A stretch of DNA of 64,000 nt from Dehalococcoidia bacterium (GCA_965226775.1 CBDDEI010000002.1:653638-717637); one strand, 5' to 3'; positions 29,537 through 38,326 are shown, numbered from the stretch's first letter. Numbers and translations are program-made. The notes: generated by a model from the sequence alone, not told the origin.

Positions 29537-30055
29537 ATGGCAAATCGTACCTTGCTAGGTGTTTATGAAGCCCCCGACGATGTGGCGGAGGGAGTGACTC
29601 GGCTGCGTGCAGCGGGGTTCACGGATGACGATTTCGACATCCTCTCCGGCACACCCTACCCGGAGGGCGCGTTTGGAGAGAAGCTGGTCAACCACAGGTT
29701 GTTCCGCTTTCCGCTCATTGGAGCCATCTGCGGGTTCTCGGTGGCATTGCTCATTACTGCGGGCACCCAGCTCTCCTACCCCTTGGTCACCGGCGGCAAG
29801 CCAATCCTGGCTATTCCGCCCATGTTGATCATCATATATGAAGGCACCATGTTGGGAGCCATCCTATTCACAGTCATTGGGCTCATCTTTGAGTCACGAC
29901 TGCCCCGCTTCGACATTGGCGTCTATGATACGCGGATTACCGAGGGCTATATTGGCCTGCTGGTAGCGTGCCCGGAAGAACGCTTTGGTTATACCCAACA
30001 GCTCTTGCGGGAATCCGGCGCAGAAGACGTGAAAGACGATAGCGCTGCTCACTGA
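29537..30055 (+). CDS. actD: ACIII subunit ActD (DUF3341 membrane protein)
   Basis: 172 aa with a soluble N-terminal region plus two TM helices, typical of ActD. Operon context. Confidence 0.7.
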   Translation: MANRTLLGVYEAPDDVAEGVTRLRAAGFTDDDFDILSGTPYPEGAFGEKLVNHRLFRFPLIGAICGFSVALLITAGTQLSYPLVTGGKPILAIPPMLIIIYEGTMLGAILFTVIGLIFESRLPRFDIGVYDTRITEGYIGLLVACPEERFGYTQQLLRESGAEDVKDDSAAH

Positions 30056-30056
30056 C

Positions 30057-30608
30057 ATGCAGAGTTTGTTGAAACACCTTCCCGGGCGCACTAAGCTGGG
30101 GCGACGCTTGCCCCTCTGGGTCTTGCCTGTCACGCTGGTGCTCCTTGCGCTGGCCTGCAACCGCGGCCCGTACACCATCGACTGGTTCCCCGAGATGCAC
30201 TACCAGTCGTCCTTCCGGGCCCAGGAGCCGCCGCGGCTCTACCCGCCCGCGGGCTCAGTGCCCCGCACCGGCGCTGAGGTAGCCTTCGACTTTGCTGAGG
30301 CCGCTTCTTTAGTCAACCCCGTGGTTTACAACGCCGCCAACGCAGAGCGCGCCAGCAAGCTCTATCAGGTTAACTGCGCAGCGTGTCACGGTGCGGCGGG
30401 TCATGGCGATGGCTTGGTTGGTGAGAAGTTCCGTCTTGCTGGAGCAGCGCCGCCGATAGATTTCTCTCAGGACCGCACCAAGGACCGCTCAGAGGGAGAG
30501 CTCTGGTGGATCGTGACCAATGGCCTAGGCAACATGCCTGCCTGGAAACCGCTGCTTACGGTAGAGGAGCGCTGGCTCTTGGTTCACTACGCGAAGGCTG
30601 TTCAGTAG
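30057..30608 (+). CDS. actE: ACIII subunit ActE (monoheme cytochrome c, membrane anchored)
   Basis: Single CAACHG heme motif. N-terminal anchor or lipobox (LLALAC). 183 aa. Confidence 0.8.
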   Translation: MQSLLKHLPGRTKLGRRLPLWVLPVTLVLLALACNRGPYTIDWFPEMHYQSSFRAQEPPRLYPPAGSVPRTGAEVAFDFAEAASLVNPVVYNAANAERASKLYQVNCAACHGAAGHGDGLVGEKFRLAGAAPPIDFSQDRTKDRSEGELWWIVTNGLGNMPAWKPLLTVEERWLLVHYAKAVQ

Positions 30609-30621
30609 CCTTCCCGATTGT

Positions 30622-31370
30622 CCTCAACTCCAAGGTGGCATAGACCTCAAATGAGGCGAGGACAGAAGAAGCTGGCTGGGAGCAGTACCGCTCGCTTACG
30701 CTCCACGTAGCTCAGGGTTCCCACCCTGGGCGATTTTTATTCGCAAGCTGCTTAGAAATTCACCCCCACATTGTGGTGGAGAGGCCAATCCCTTCCCCCT
30801 CGATGGGGGAAGGCTAGGATGGGGGTGACTGAAGCGTACCCCTCTGCCCAAGGATTCTCAACGGAATTATAAAGCGTTCTCAACTCCAAGGCGGCATAAA
30901 CCTCAAACGAGGCAAGGACAGAAGAAGCTGGCTGGGAGGAGTACCGCTCGCTTACGCACCACTTAGCTCAGGGTTCCCATGCAGTGGGCGATTTTTATTC
31001 GCAAGCTGCTCGCAAATTCACCCCCATCCTAACCTTCCCCCATCAAGGGGGAAGGAATGGTTTTCTCCCCCCTAGTTGGGAAGAGCTGGGGGGTGACTGA
31101 AGCGTACCCTTCTTCCTAATGATTCTCAAAGGCAGCTAAGCGTTTCTCTAGGGCTAGAGCAGCAGAGACTTCAAACAACGCCTGCTGGATAGGATCCGTG
31201 ACCTCGACTACACGTACCTCATTTCCCTAACGCGCTCTTTTGCGTCTCAATAAAGCAAGCGAAACTCAAACATCTTGAAGAAGCTTCCTAGGCACAGTCG
31301 AGAAGAAAATCCCTTCCCCCTCGATGGGGGAAGGCTAGGATGGGGGTGACTGAAGCTACCCCTCTGCCCG
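30622..31370. repeat. Tandem direct repeat, ~257-bp unit, two full copies plus a distal partial copy, carrying palindromes
   Basis: Copies start at 30622 and 30879 (ctcaactccaagg…). The partial copy at ~31305-31370 repeats cccttccccctcgatgggggaaggctaggatgggggtgactgaagc. Palindrome cccttcccccTCGAtgggggaagg. ORF-free, ~52% GC. Confidence 0.85.
30711..30742 (+). terminator. Candidate intrinsic terminator downstream of the ACIII operon (also present in repeat copy 2 in degraded form)
   Basis: Stem cagggt/accctg with a 4-nt loop, followed within 5 nt by ATTTTTATT, ~110 nt after the actE stop. Confidence 0.35.
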
Positions 31371-31373
31371 CGC

Positions 31374-32150
31374 TTATCCCCCATCTCTAGGCGCCCCTAA
31401 CCGCGTTTCTATCGCAGCCCGCGTCGGGATGGCGCTCAGTCCTCTCCCTTGGATCGAGAGACTTGCCGCCGCGCTGGCAAACTGACCGGCTTCCCCCACA
31501 CTCCCTGTACGCGCGTACTCGCAGAGCAACGCAGCGGCAAACACGTCCCCTGCGCCGGTGGTGTCTACCACACGCGTAGGGTAGCTGGGCACATGCTCCC
31601 ACCGCCCCTCATGCCATAGCTGCGCGCCCGCCGCGCCCCGCGTCACCGCCAGAATGGGCGCTTGCAGCAAGGCGGGCTGGTCTTCCAGGCTATTGGGGGG
31701 CAGGTCTTCTTCCGACAGCGCTACGAGCGTAGTGAAGCCAAGGGCTTGCTCTGCGTTGCGCCACCCAATCGCGCGAACGAGGCCCTGCGCATCGCGCGCA
31801 CGCATCCAGCCCTGGGGACATACGCCGAGCACTGACGTTGGGAACAGGGCAGCCACTGCTGGGTCGACCTCCTGGGCCACAGGTGCCAGCAGGACGATAG
31901 GCGTGTTGCGCCATGCTGCCGGCACCGATGCGGCGTCCAGCGTCCTACATTCGCCGAACCAGCGCTGCTCACGGCCCGTAGCTGTAGCCTGATTGGAGAA
32001 CGTTGTAGTGGCCGGCGCATCGGTGAGGTGGAGCGATACTTCTGGCAGCGCAGCAGCGATGTCTAACTGTGCGTGAGGGTTTGAGATGATAGCCGCCCGC
32101 AACCCGAGTCGCGCGGCGGTAACGGCTGCGTAGGCGGCAGCGCCACCCAC
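31374..32150 (-). CDS. PfkB-family carbohydrate/ribokinase-like kinase (N-terminus probably extends via a non-ATG start)
   Basis: C-terminal DTTGAGDVFAAALL motif. The conserved N-terminal LDFLAIGQVTAD… is encoded in frame upstream of the first ATG with no ATG/GTG/TTG. Either a rare start codon or a lesion. Confidence 0.6.
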   Translation of the reverse strand: MGGAAAYAAVTAARLGLRAAIISNPHAQLDIAAALPEVSLHLTDAPATTTFSNQATATGREQRWFGECRTLDAASVPAAWRNTPIVLLAPVAQEVDPAVAALFPTSVLGVCPQGWMRARDAQGLVRAIGWRNAEQALGFTTLVALSEEDLPPNSLEDQPALLQAPILAVTRGAAGAQLWHEGRWEHVPSYPTRVVDTTGAGDVFAAALLCEYARTGSVGEAGQFASAAASLSIQGRGLSAIPTRAAIETRLGAPRDGG

Positions 32151-32244
32151 TGTGTAGCCGGACGCAGTGCGATCTGCGGTGACCTGGCCGATGGCCAGGA
32201 AGTCGAGGGGTGGGAAGTTAGTGGCTGAGGGTTGCGTAGGCTAG

Positions 32245-33072
32245 CTAGGAGGGCCGCTTGGGAACCACGGTCACCTTGCGGTTCTCACCCTCGCCCACGC
32301 TCTGCGTAGCAACGTCCTGGTAGTCCTGCAGCGTCATGTGGATGATCCTGCGCTCAGAGGCGTTCATCGGCTCCAGGGTGACAGGCTGGCCGTTGCGCCT
32401 AACTCGGTCCGCCATGCGCTCGGCAAGGGTGCGCAGGGCCAGGTAGCGACGTGCTCGGTAGCCCTCCACGTCTACCACCACCAGAGCGGAGTTGCGGAGC
32501 TTGCGGTTGACCATCATGTTCACGACAAACTGAATCGAGGCCAGCGTTTGCCCACGCCGTCCTATCAGCAGTCCCAAGTCCCTACCGCGCACGTCGAAGG
32601 CAACGGTGATGTCGCTAGTGGCCGGGACGGGTATCGGAGGCGCGGTTTCTACTAAGGTGGCCCTGAACCCCAGGCCGCTCAAGATGCCTTCTAGTATCTC
32701 CCGGCCGGCCTTAGCTGCAGGTCGAGACTCGTTGCTGAACTGGACCTCCGGCGCGGCGGCCGGTTCGTCTTCCTCGTCTTCGTAGTCCTCGTCCTCGTCG
32801 TCATCGATAACGGGTCGTGAAGTTTGAGGGGATTGAGATGCGTAGGTGATGGCCGGCGGGCGAGGAGGGAAGTTCTCAGATGACATTCGGGAGCGTCCAA
32901 CATCCAGTTTGGTCACGCGGACGCGGGCATCTTCCGCACCAACGCCCAGGATTCCGGCGCGTCCTTCGGTCAGGACAATAATTTCTACTTCAGAAAGCTT
33001 TGCGCCCAACTGTTGCAGGGCTAGGTCAACGGCCTCGTCTACTGAACCTGCGTTTACTTCTAGTGTTTCCAT
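32245..33072 (-). CDS. jag: Jag/KhpB-like RNA-binding protein (Jag_N, KH, R3H domains)
   Basis: N-terminal METLEVNAGSVDEAVDLALQQLG and a C-terminal R3H region. Downstream of yidC, overlapping its 3' end. Confidence 0.8.
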   Translation of the reverse strand: METLEVNAGSVDEAVDLALQQLGAKLSEVEIIVLTEGRAGILGVGAEDARVRVTKLDVGRSRMSSENFPPRPPAITYASQSPQTSRPVIDDDEDEDYEDEEDEPAAAPEVQFSNESRPAAKAGREILEGILSGLGFRATLVETAPPIPVPATSDITVAFDVRGRDLGLLIGRRGQTLASIQFVVNMMVNRKLRNSALVVVDVEGYRARRYLALRTLAERMADRVRRNGQPVTLEPMNASERRIIHMTLQDYQDVATQSVGEGENRKVTVVPKRPS

Positions 33073-33910
33073 TCGTGCGCCTCGTCTGCGTGGGTTGTGT
33101 GCCGCCAGCTGCCGGCTCTACTAACGCCGGAGTTGCATCATCATCTGGAACGGCGAGGGTTACAGGAGCGGTCTTGGAGAACCAGGTGAGAGAGCCCCAG
33201 CCTGTGACATAGTACTGAATAACAATGCTAATAACGTTTGAGATAAGCCAGTATATAGCCAAACCGCTGGCAAAGGATACTGTAAAGAACCCGAACATCA
33301 TGGGCATCATCCACTGCATAGTGGCGTTCATCTGCTTCTGACGCGGGTCTACTGAAGGCATAGTAGCCATCTTTTGCTGGATCCAGGCGCTTCCGCCGAC
33401 CACTATTGGCAGCACAAACACAGGGTCTGGCAAGGCCAGGTCCAGCCACAAAAACTCGCTGTTGAGCGGCACCAGCGTCTGCGCAAACGAAAAGCCGGGG
33501 TAAAGGTGTCTGGAGAGCTCCATTAAGTCTTGAGGTGTGGCAGCCAGCGCTTTCAGAATCGACTGGTAGAGGCCAATCCAGATCGGCAACTGGACGAGTG
33601 TAGGGAGCGCACAGCCCAGGGGGTTGACGCCTTGTTCCTTGTACAAACGGATCTGCTCTTGGCTCAGCCGTTGGCGGTCGCCAGCGTAGCGTTTCTGGAG
33701 CTTTGCGAGTTCCGGTTGCAGGGTAGCGATCTGCCGGGCCGCCCTGAGCTGGCGGAGGGTAAGGGGCAGGAGGATGATGCGCATCGTGAAGGTGAACAGG
33801 ATGACCGTTATTCCGAAGTTGTTGAAGGCAATGCCGTACAGCAGCAAGAGCCCGTTCAGCATGGGCTGAAAGACGACACTATTCCAGAGAATGGTAATGA
33901 TTTCTGGCAC
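33026..33910 (-). CDS. yidC: Membrane protein insertase YidC (short, Gram-positive-type)
   Basis: 294 aa, 5 TM helices, conserved TM1 region and a basic C-terminal tail. Confidence 0.85.
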   Translation of the reverse strand: MPEIITILWNSVVFQPMLNGLLLLYGIAFNNFGITVILFTFTMRIILLPLTLRQLRAARQIATLQPELAKLQKRYAGDRQRLSQEQIRLYKEQGVNPLGCALPTLVQLPIWIGLYQSILKALAATPQDLMELSRHLYPGFSFAQTLVPLNSEFLWLDLALPDPVFVLPIVVGGSAWIQQKMATMPSVDPRQKQMNATMQWMMPMMFGFFTVSFASGLAIYWLISNVISIVIQYYVTGWGSLTWFSKTAPVTLAVPDDDATPALVEPAAGGTQPTQTRRTNGNTRSKRRFSRRGR

Positions 33911-33912
33911 AG

Positions 33913-35076
33913 CTAGCCCTCGATCCTATAGACCCACTTGGGAGTGCCGTTAGCGCTGTCCAGAGCGATCAATCGCTGGTTTAGCGGCACTACGTAGACG
34001 GTGGGAGCAGAGGCGTCCACTGCTGCGCCGGTGTAGATGGCCCCGTTCGGGTCGGTGGAGTAGGTCCACCGCTGCGTCCCTGTACTGGGATCCAGGCCGT
34101 ATACTCGGCCGTCCTGCGCCGGGATAATAAGCACGTCTCCGGAAATAGTAGGCGCGGCGCTCACGGGCCCCGCAGTCTTGAAGGGCTCGGCCCAGCTCGG
34201 CTGCCCGGTTGAGGCGTCTACCGCGTACACTTCATTGGCAAGTGTCCCAAAGTACAGCGTGCCTTGCGCCAAGTAGGGGCTGCCCCAGACCCAGCTGTTG
34301 CTCTCGAACACCCAGCGCTGCGTTCCGCTAGAGGCGTCCACGGCGTAGAGCTTGTTGTCGCCGGAACCTATGTAGACGGTTCCGTTAGCGTACAGCGGCG
34401 CAGAAGCAATGGGCGCCTCCGACGTGAACTGCCATCTTAGCGATCCGTCGTCAACAGAAAGGGCGTACAGGCTGTGATCTAAGGACGCGATGTACGCGGT
34501 GCCTTCCAGGTCTAGCGTGACCCCTGCCCACACCTTGTGGTCCGTGCTGAAGCGCCACTTGAGTTGACCGTTGTTTGCGTCCAGTGCATACACATTGTGG
34601 TCTTCTGATCCGAAGATCACCGTCCCGCCGGCAACGGAGGGGGAACCGACTACACTGCCAATAGATCCCTCTACAGGGTACTCCCAGCGCTTTTGCCCGC
34701 TGGATGCATCTAAAGCCAGCATTTTCCCCTGACGCGGCCTCTCGTAGCTGTAGAGGCCGACGTAGAGGGAGCCATCGGAGAGGAGAGGCGTCGCGTATGC
34801 GGGGCCAAGGTTGCTGTCCTCATCTGTCGGATACTGCCACTCGCCGCTCGATATCGCAGGAAACGCATCGCCCCGGCTACGGGCGGTCAGGTCCAGTCCC
34901 ATCACCTTACCGTTGGAGCCTACAAAATAAACCTTGCTCGCGGAAATAGCCGCGCCGCCCCAACCTTGGGGTTGACCGGTGCAACCGGCTACCAGAAGCG
35001 CTGCTATAAGCCAAAGGCCTAGCAGAAAGTGTGGTCTCTTGTGGTGAAGAGAGTGTGTTTGCGTATCAGTCGCCAT
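33913..35076 (-). CDS. PQQ-like beta-propeller lipoprotein (BamB/YfgL-like repeat protein)
   Basis: Lipobox LVAGC. Repeated …LYA.D..SG..(R)W… propeller blades. Confidence 0.7.
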   Translation of the reverse strand: MATDTQTHSLHHKRPHFLLGLWLIAALLVAGCTGQPQGWGGAAISASKVYFVGSNGKVMGLDLTARSRGDAFPAISSGEWQYPTDEDSNLGPAYATPLLSDGSLYVGLYSYERPRQGKMLALDASSGQKRWEYPVEGSIGSVVGSPSVAGGTVIFGSEDHNVYALDANNGQLKWRFSTDHKVWAGVTLDLEGTAYIASLDHSLYALSVDDGSLRWQFTSEAPIASAPLYANGTVYIGSGDNKLYAVDASSGTQRWVFESNSWVWGSPYLAQGTLYFGTLANEVYAVDASTGQPSWAEPFKTAGPVSAAPTISGDVLIIPAQDGRVYGLDPSTGTQRWTYSTDPNGAIYTGAAVDASAPTVYVVPLNQRLIALDSANGTPKWVYRIEG

Positions 35077-35130
35077 AGTTACTAATCTTTGCCGTAACGC
35101 ACTGGTTGCCTAACCGGAGCGCGGGATTTG

Positions 35131-35343
35131 TTATGGAACAGGATCAAACTCTTGCTGGTGGAAGGGGTGACAGCGTGCAATGCGTCGCAGGGTCATCCAT
35201 CCGCCCCTCCATGCGCCGTAGCGGTCAACGGCCTCGTATCCATACTGGGAGCACGTAGGCTCAAAGCGGCATCGTGGCGGACTCAGCGGACTCCGAGTGC
35301 TCCTATACACGCCAATCACCCAGAGGAGCAGTGCGCGCGCCAT
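35131..35343 (-). CDS. yidD: Membrane protein insertion efficiency factor YidD
   Basis: 70 aa with YidD signature (…[22 protein letters not shown]…). Abuts the rnpA stop. Confidence 0.85.
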   Translation of the reverse strand: MARALLLWVIGVYRSTRSPLSPPRCRFEPTCSQYGYEAVDRYGAWRGGWMTLRRIARCHPFHQQEFDPVP

Positions 35344-35736
35344 CTACTCTTTACCCTGCTTCAGGACGCCCGCCCTACGGAAGGTGGATAGCAACGCGTC
35401 TTGCATGTCTGCAAAAGTGCTCTTTGCCACCGGCGGCCGGCCGCTGATTACAATGTCTACGCCCTGCTTCAGCGGAAGGGTCCGTACAACCTCTCTAAAG
35501 CGCCGCCGTATCAGATTCCGCATCACGGCCTTACCTAGCCGCTTGCTTACGGTAAATCCGATGCGCGTTGCGCCCTGCTGATTGTGATTGTACAGCACAC
35601 GTACGCTGACGAGAGGGTGCCACCAAACACGCCCGTGGGAGAACACTCGCGCATAATCGCTAGAGCGTTTTAGCCGCGTCTCTGGTGGAAAACTGTTAGG
35701 CCGCCACCGGGTGAGTGGAGCCCCCCCGGAAATCAA
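35344..35736 (-). CDS. rnpA: Ribonuclease P protein component
   Basis: RnpA conserved core (LKRSSDYARVF…GFTVSKRLGKAVMRNLIRRRFRE). A TTG start at 35736 gives 130 aa. The ORF-track extension to 35949 overlaps rpmH in another frame and is rejected. Confidence 0.75.
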   Translation of the reverse strand: MISGGAPLTRWRPNSFPPETRLKRSSDYARVFSHGRVWWHPLVSVRVLYNHNQQGATRIGFTVSKRLGKAVMRNLIRRRFREVVRTLPLKQGVDIVISGRPPVAKSTFADMQDALLSTFRRAGVLKQGKE

Positions 35737-35744
35737 GTGTCCGG

Positions 35745-35885
35745 TCAGGCCACTGAAAGGCGCTTCCGCCCCTGCCGGCGGCGAGCTTGTATAACGGCTC
35801 GTCCTCCGTGAGTGCGCATGCGAACCAGAAATCCTAGTGATCGCTTTCTGGGAATTCGTTTCGGTTGGTACGTTCGTTTTGGCAC
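35745..35885 (-). CDS. rpmH: 50S ribosomal protein L34
   Basis: Hand translation of the minus strand gives (M)[45 protein letters not shown], 46 aa, with a GTG start. Missed by the ORF track (under 60 aa). Classic rpmH-rnpA-yidD-yidC-jag order. Confidence 0.8.
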   Translation of the reverse strand: MPKRTYQPKRIPRKRSLGFLVRMRTHGGRAVIQARRRQGRKRLSVA

Positions 35886-36049
35886 GGTGTCCTATCTTAG
35901 CTAAGGGGTAACATAGGGAATTATACCTAGACTTGGCCTTGAGCGTCAATTGAACTAGCCCTTTGGGAGTGGGTCACTTTGCGTTTTTGCTGGTGAATAC
36001 ACCCTCGCCCTGTGCTAGAAGAAGCCCGCCCGCCACAGGCAGGCGCCAG

Positions 36050-36262
36050 CCGCTCGTAGTGAGCTAGTCCAAGGGCTCCCGCTCATGGTGAGCTAGTCGA
36101 ATCCATGTGGATTCGCTCCTAGTGAGCCTGTCCAAGGTGTTCGTAGGGGCGGGTTTGAAACCCGCCCCTACTGTCAACTATCCAAGGGACTTCCGCTCGT
36201 GGTGAGCCTGTCCAAGGGCTTCCGCTCGTGGTGAGCTAGTCGAATCCATGAGCAGAAAGTTG
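36050..36262. repeat. Cluster of five ~30-bp degenerate direct repeats (cgctcRtRgtgagcYWgtcSaa…) with embedded palindromes. Same motif family as the 6331-7217 array
   Basis: Units at ~36051, 36080, 36112, 36196 and 36225. Perfect 12-bp-arm palindrome aggggcgggttt/aaacccgcccct at 36145-36169. Hairpin cgaatcca-tg-tggattcg at 36107-36124. Confidence 0.8.
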
Positions 36263-36376
36263 CCTGCCTTAGACTGACCCACTACTAACCCCTTGGATAG
36301 CTTGATCCTTCGGGACGTTTCCATTACAGTCTGTGTGCCTTGTTTAGTGGATAGTACCGGAATAGGAGGAGGTTAT

Positions 36377-37321
36377 ATGACAACCGAAGCAAAGACTCTT
36401 ACACTCAAGACCGCTATAGGCAGTTATGGGCACACCGCCGCCTTGAAAGACGGAAGCGTGACAGCCAAGGGTGTTCAGCTCGACCACATTGAAGTGACGC
36501 CGATTACGAGCGCCTTTCGTCGCATGTGCCGCGCCGTGGAGTTCGACATCTGTGAGATGGCAATCACCACTTATCTGGCGGCAAAGGCCCACAACTTGCC
36601 CTTTACGGCGCTGCCGGTCTTTCCCGTCAGAGCGTTCCATCACGGGGGCGTGATCTACAACCAGAAGTCTGGCATCAAGACCCCCAAGGACTTAGAGGGC
36701 CGCAGAGTGGGCGTACGCGCATACACGGTAACCACCGGCGTGTGGGTCAGGGGCGTCCTCGCCACCGAGTATGGGGTCGACCTGGACAAGGTCACCTGGG
36801 TGATTGTGGATGAAGAGCACGTGGCCGAATTCATGGTGCCTTCAAACGTGGTCATGGAGCAGAAACCGCTCATGGACATGCTTGTTGCCGGCGAGATTGA
36901 CGCCGCCATCGGCATTGGCGCTTCTGATTCACCAGACATCATGCCGCTGAACCCTGGCGCCCGTCAGGCCGAAGAGGAGTGGTACAAGCGCACGAACATC
37001 TTCCCTATCAACCACACGGTAGTGGTCAAGAACGATCTCCTAGCCGCAGAGCCGTGGCTGGCGGCGGAGCTCTATGCGGCCTTCAAAGAGGCCAAGGATG
37101 GCTTTGTGGCCCGCATCAGCGCCGAAGCAGATCCCTCTGCTGAGGCCAAAACGGTCCTGGCCCGGCGCGCGCTCGTCGGCCCAGACCCGTTGCCCTACGG
37201 TGTGGCGGCCAACAAGCCGGCTATCGATGCCATCATCCAGATGGCTACTGCTCAGCACATCCTCCCGCCTCAGTTTAGTGCGGAAGAGGTTTTTGTGCCC
37301 AGCACCGTGATGTTGGCCTAA
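36377..37321 (+). CDS. NMT1/THI5-like (SsuA/PhnD-type periplasmic-binding-fold) protein without signal peptide. This family is often annotated '4,5-dihydroxyphthalate decarboxylase'
   Basis: ATG at 36377 with a GGAGGAGG RBS (the ORF track starts upstream at 36293). 314 aa, no signal peptide. Confidence 0.55.
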   Translation: MTTEAKTLTLKTAIGSYGHTAALKDGSVTAKGVQLDHIEVTPITSAFRRMCRAVEFDICEMAITTYLAAKAHNLPFTALPVFPVRAFHHGGVIYNQKSGIKTPKDLEGRRVGVRAYTVTTGVWVRGVLATEYGVDLDKVTWVIVDEEHVAEFMVPSNVVMEQKPLMDMLVAGEIDAAIGIGASDSPDIMPLNPGARQAEEEWYKRTNIFPINHTVVVKNDLLAAEPWLAAELYAAFKEAKDGFVARISAEADPSAEAKTVLARRALVGPDPLPYGVAANKPAIDAIIQMATAQHILPPQFSAEEVFVPSTVMLA

Positions 37322-37423
37322 CCGCTGCCCCAAGCAACCGTAGTTACCAGAGAACAGAAACATCCCCCCGCCTTAGGCGGGGGGATGTTCGTTTTGTCTT
37401 GTTAGCCCCTCTGGGGGTCTAGC

Positions 37424-38326
37424 TTACTGCGATCCTCTGAGGCGTGGGTCCAGGATGTCTCGTATTGCGTCACCAAGCATGTTGAAGGCCAGCACTACGA
37501 TGGTGATAGCAATACCTGGTGCGATAGCCATCCACGGAGCGGAGGACATATAAGTCCGGGCGCTGCCGCTAAGCATGGAGCCCCAGGTTGGGTTGGGCGG
37601 TGGTGGCCCAAGGCCCAGGAAGCTGAGGGAAGACTCTGCCAGGATAGCAGTACCCAAAGACACAGATATAAGCACAATCATGGGCGCCCAGCAGTTGGGG
37701 AGGATGTGCTGCAGCATGATCCGTTTATCGGAGGCTCCCATTGCTCGTGCCGCATCAATGTACTGGTTCTGCATGATAGTGAGGGCAGTGCCTCGCATAA
37801 CGCGGGATCGTGTGGCTATGGGGTGTATCGCGATGGCCAGAATGACGTTCGTCAGCGACTGCCCCAGCGTCGCCACAATCACCATGGCCAGCACAAGGGA
37901 TGGGAAGCTTAACAAACCGTCTATTACGCGGGACATGACCATGTCGTATTTACCGGCAAAGTAGGCAGAAGTCAGACCAACCAAGATACCAAGGAAGATG
38001 CTGATAAACACTGCCCCGAGGCTCACGGTGAGGGAGACCTGGGAGCCGTAGATCAAACGGCTTAGGATGTCCCGGCCCAACTCATCCGTCCCTAGGAGAT
38101 GCTGCGCGCTAGGCGGGGTGAGCGCTACGTCCGTATCCACTTCAAGAGGGTCGTAAGGTGCGAAGACCGGCGCAAAGAGCGCCGTCGTCACAAGCCCAAT
38201 AATGATGAAGGCAGAAGCGGTGCCTAAGTATTTCCTGCGCGCGAGGCGTATCAGGTTGTCGCGGAAGCCCGTCCTCTGCTTAATCCACTGTAGTTCAATA
38301 GCCCTACTTTCTACAGCTGCCATAGT
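37424..38326 (-). CDS. ABC transporter permease, peptide/nickel (DppC/OppC-like)
   Basis: Six TM helices, EAA-like loop, C-terminal …GDAIRDILDPRL typical of DppC. Confidence 0.75.
   Translation of the reverse strand, partial: TMAAVESRAIELQWIKQRTGFRDNLIRLARRKYLGTASAFIIIGLVTTALFAPVFAPYDPLEVDTDVALTPPSAQHLLGTDELGRDILSRLIYGSQVSLTVSLGAVFISIFLGILVGLTSAYFAGKYDMVMSRVIDGLLSFPSLVLAMVIVATLGQSLTNVILAIAIHPIATRSRVMRGTALTIMQNQYIDAARAMGASDKRIMLQHILPNCWAPMIVLISVSLGTAILAESSLSFLGLGPPPPNPTWGSMLSGSARTYMSSAPWMAIAPGIAITIVVLAFNMLGDAIRDILDPRLRGSQ

Noticed and set aside
35737-35949. N-terminal 71-codon extension of the rnpA ORF
   Set aside because: It overlaps, out of frame, a perfectly conserved L34 (rpmH) coding sequence. 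The extension has no RnpA similarity.
36100-36125. tRNA-like T-arm (gtcgaatcc) in the repeat units
   Set aside because: No acceptor or anticodon stem arrangement around it. It is part of a palindromic hairpin, not a tRNA.
35886-36376. oriC with DnaA boxes upstream of rpmH
   Set aside because: The recurring TRTCCAAGG motifs match TTATCCACA only in the central TCCA. No dnaA or dnaN is adjacent and no AT-rich DUE-like stretch was seen. Left as a repeat cluster.
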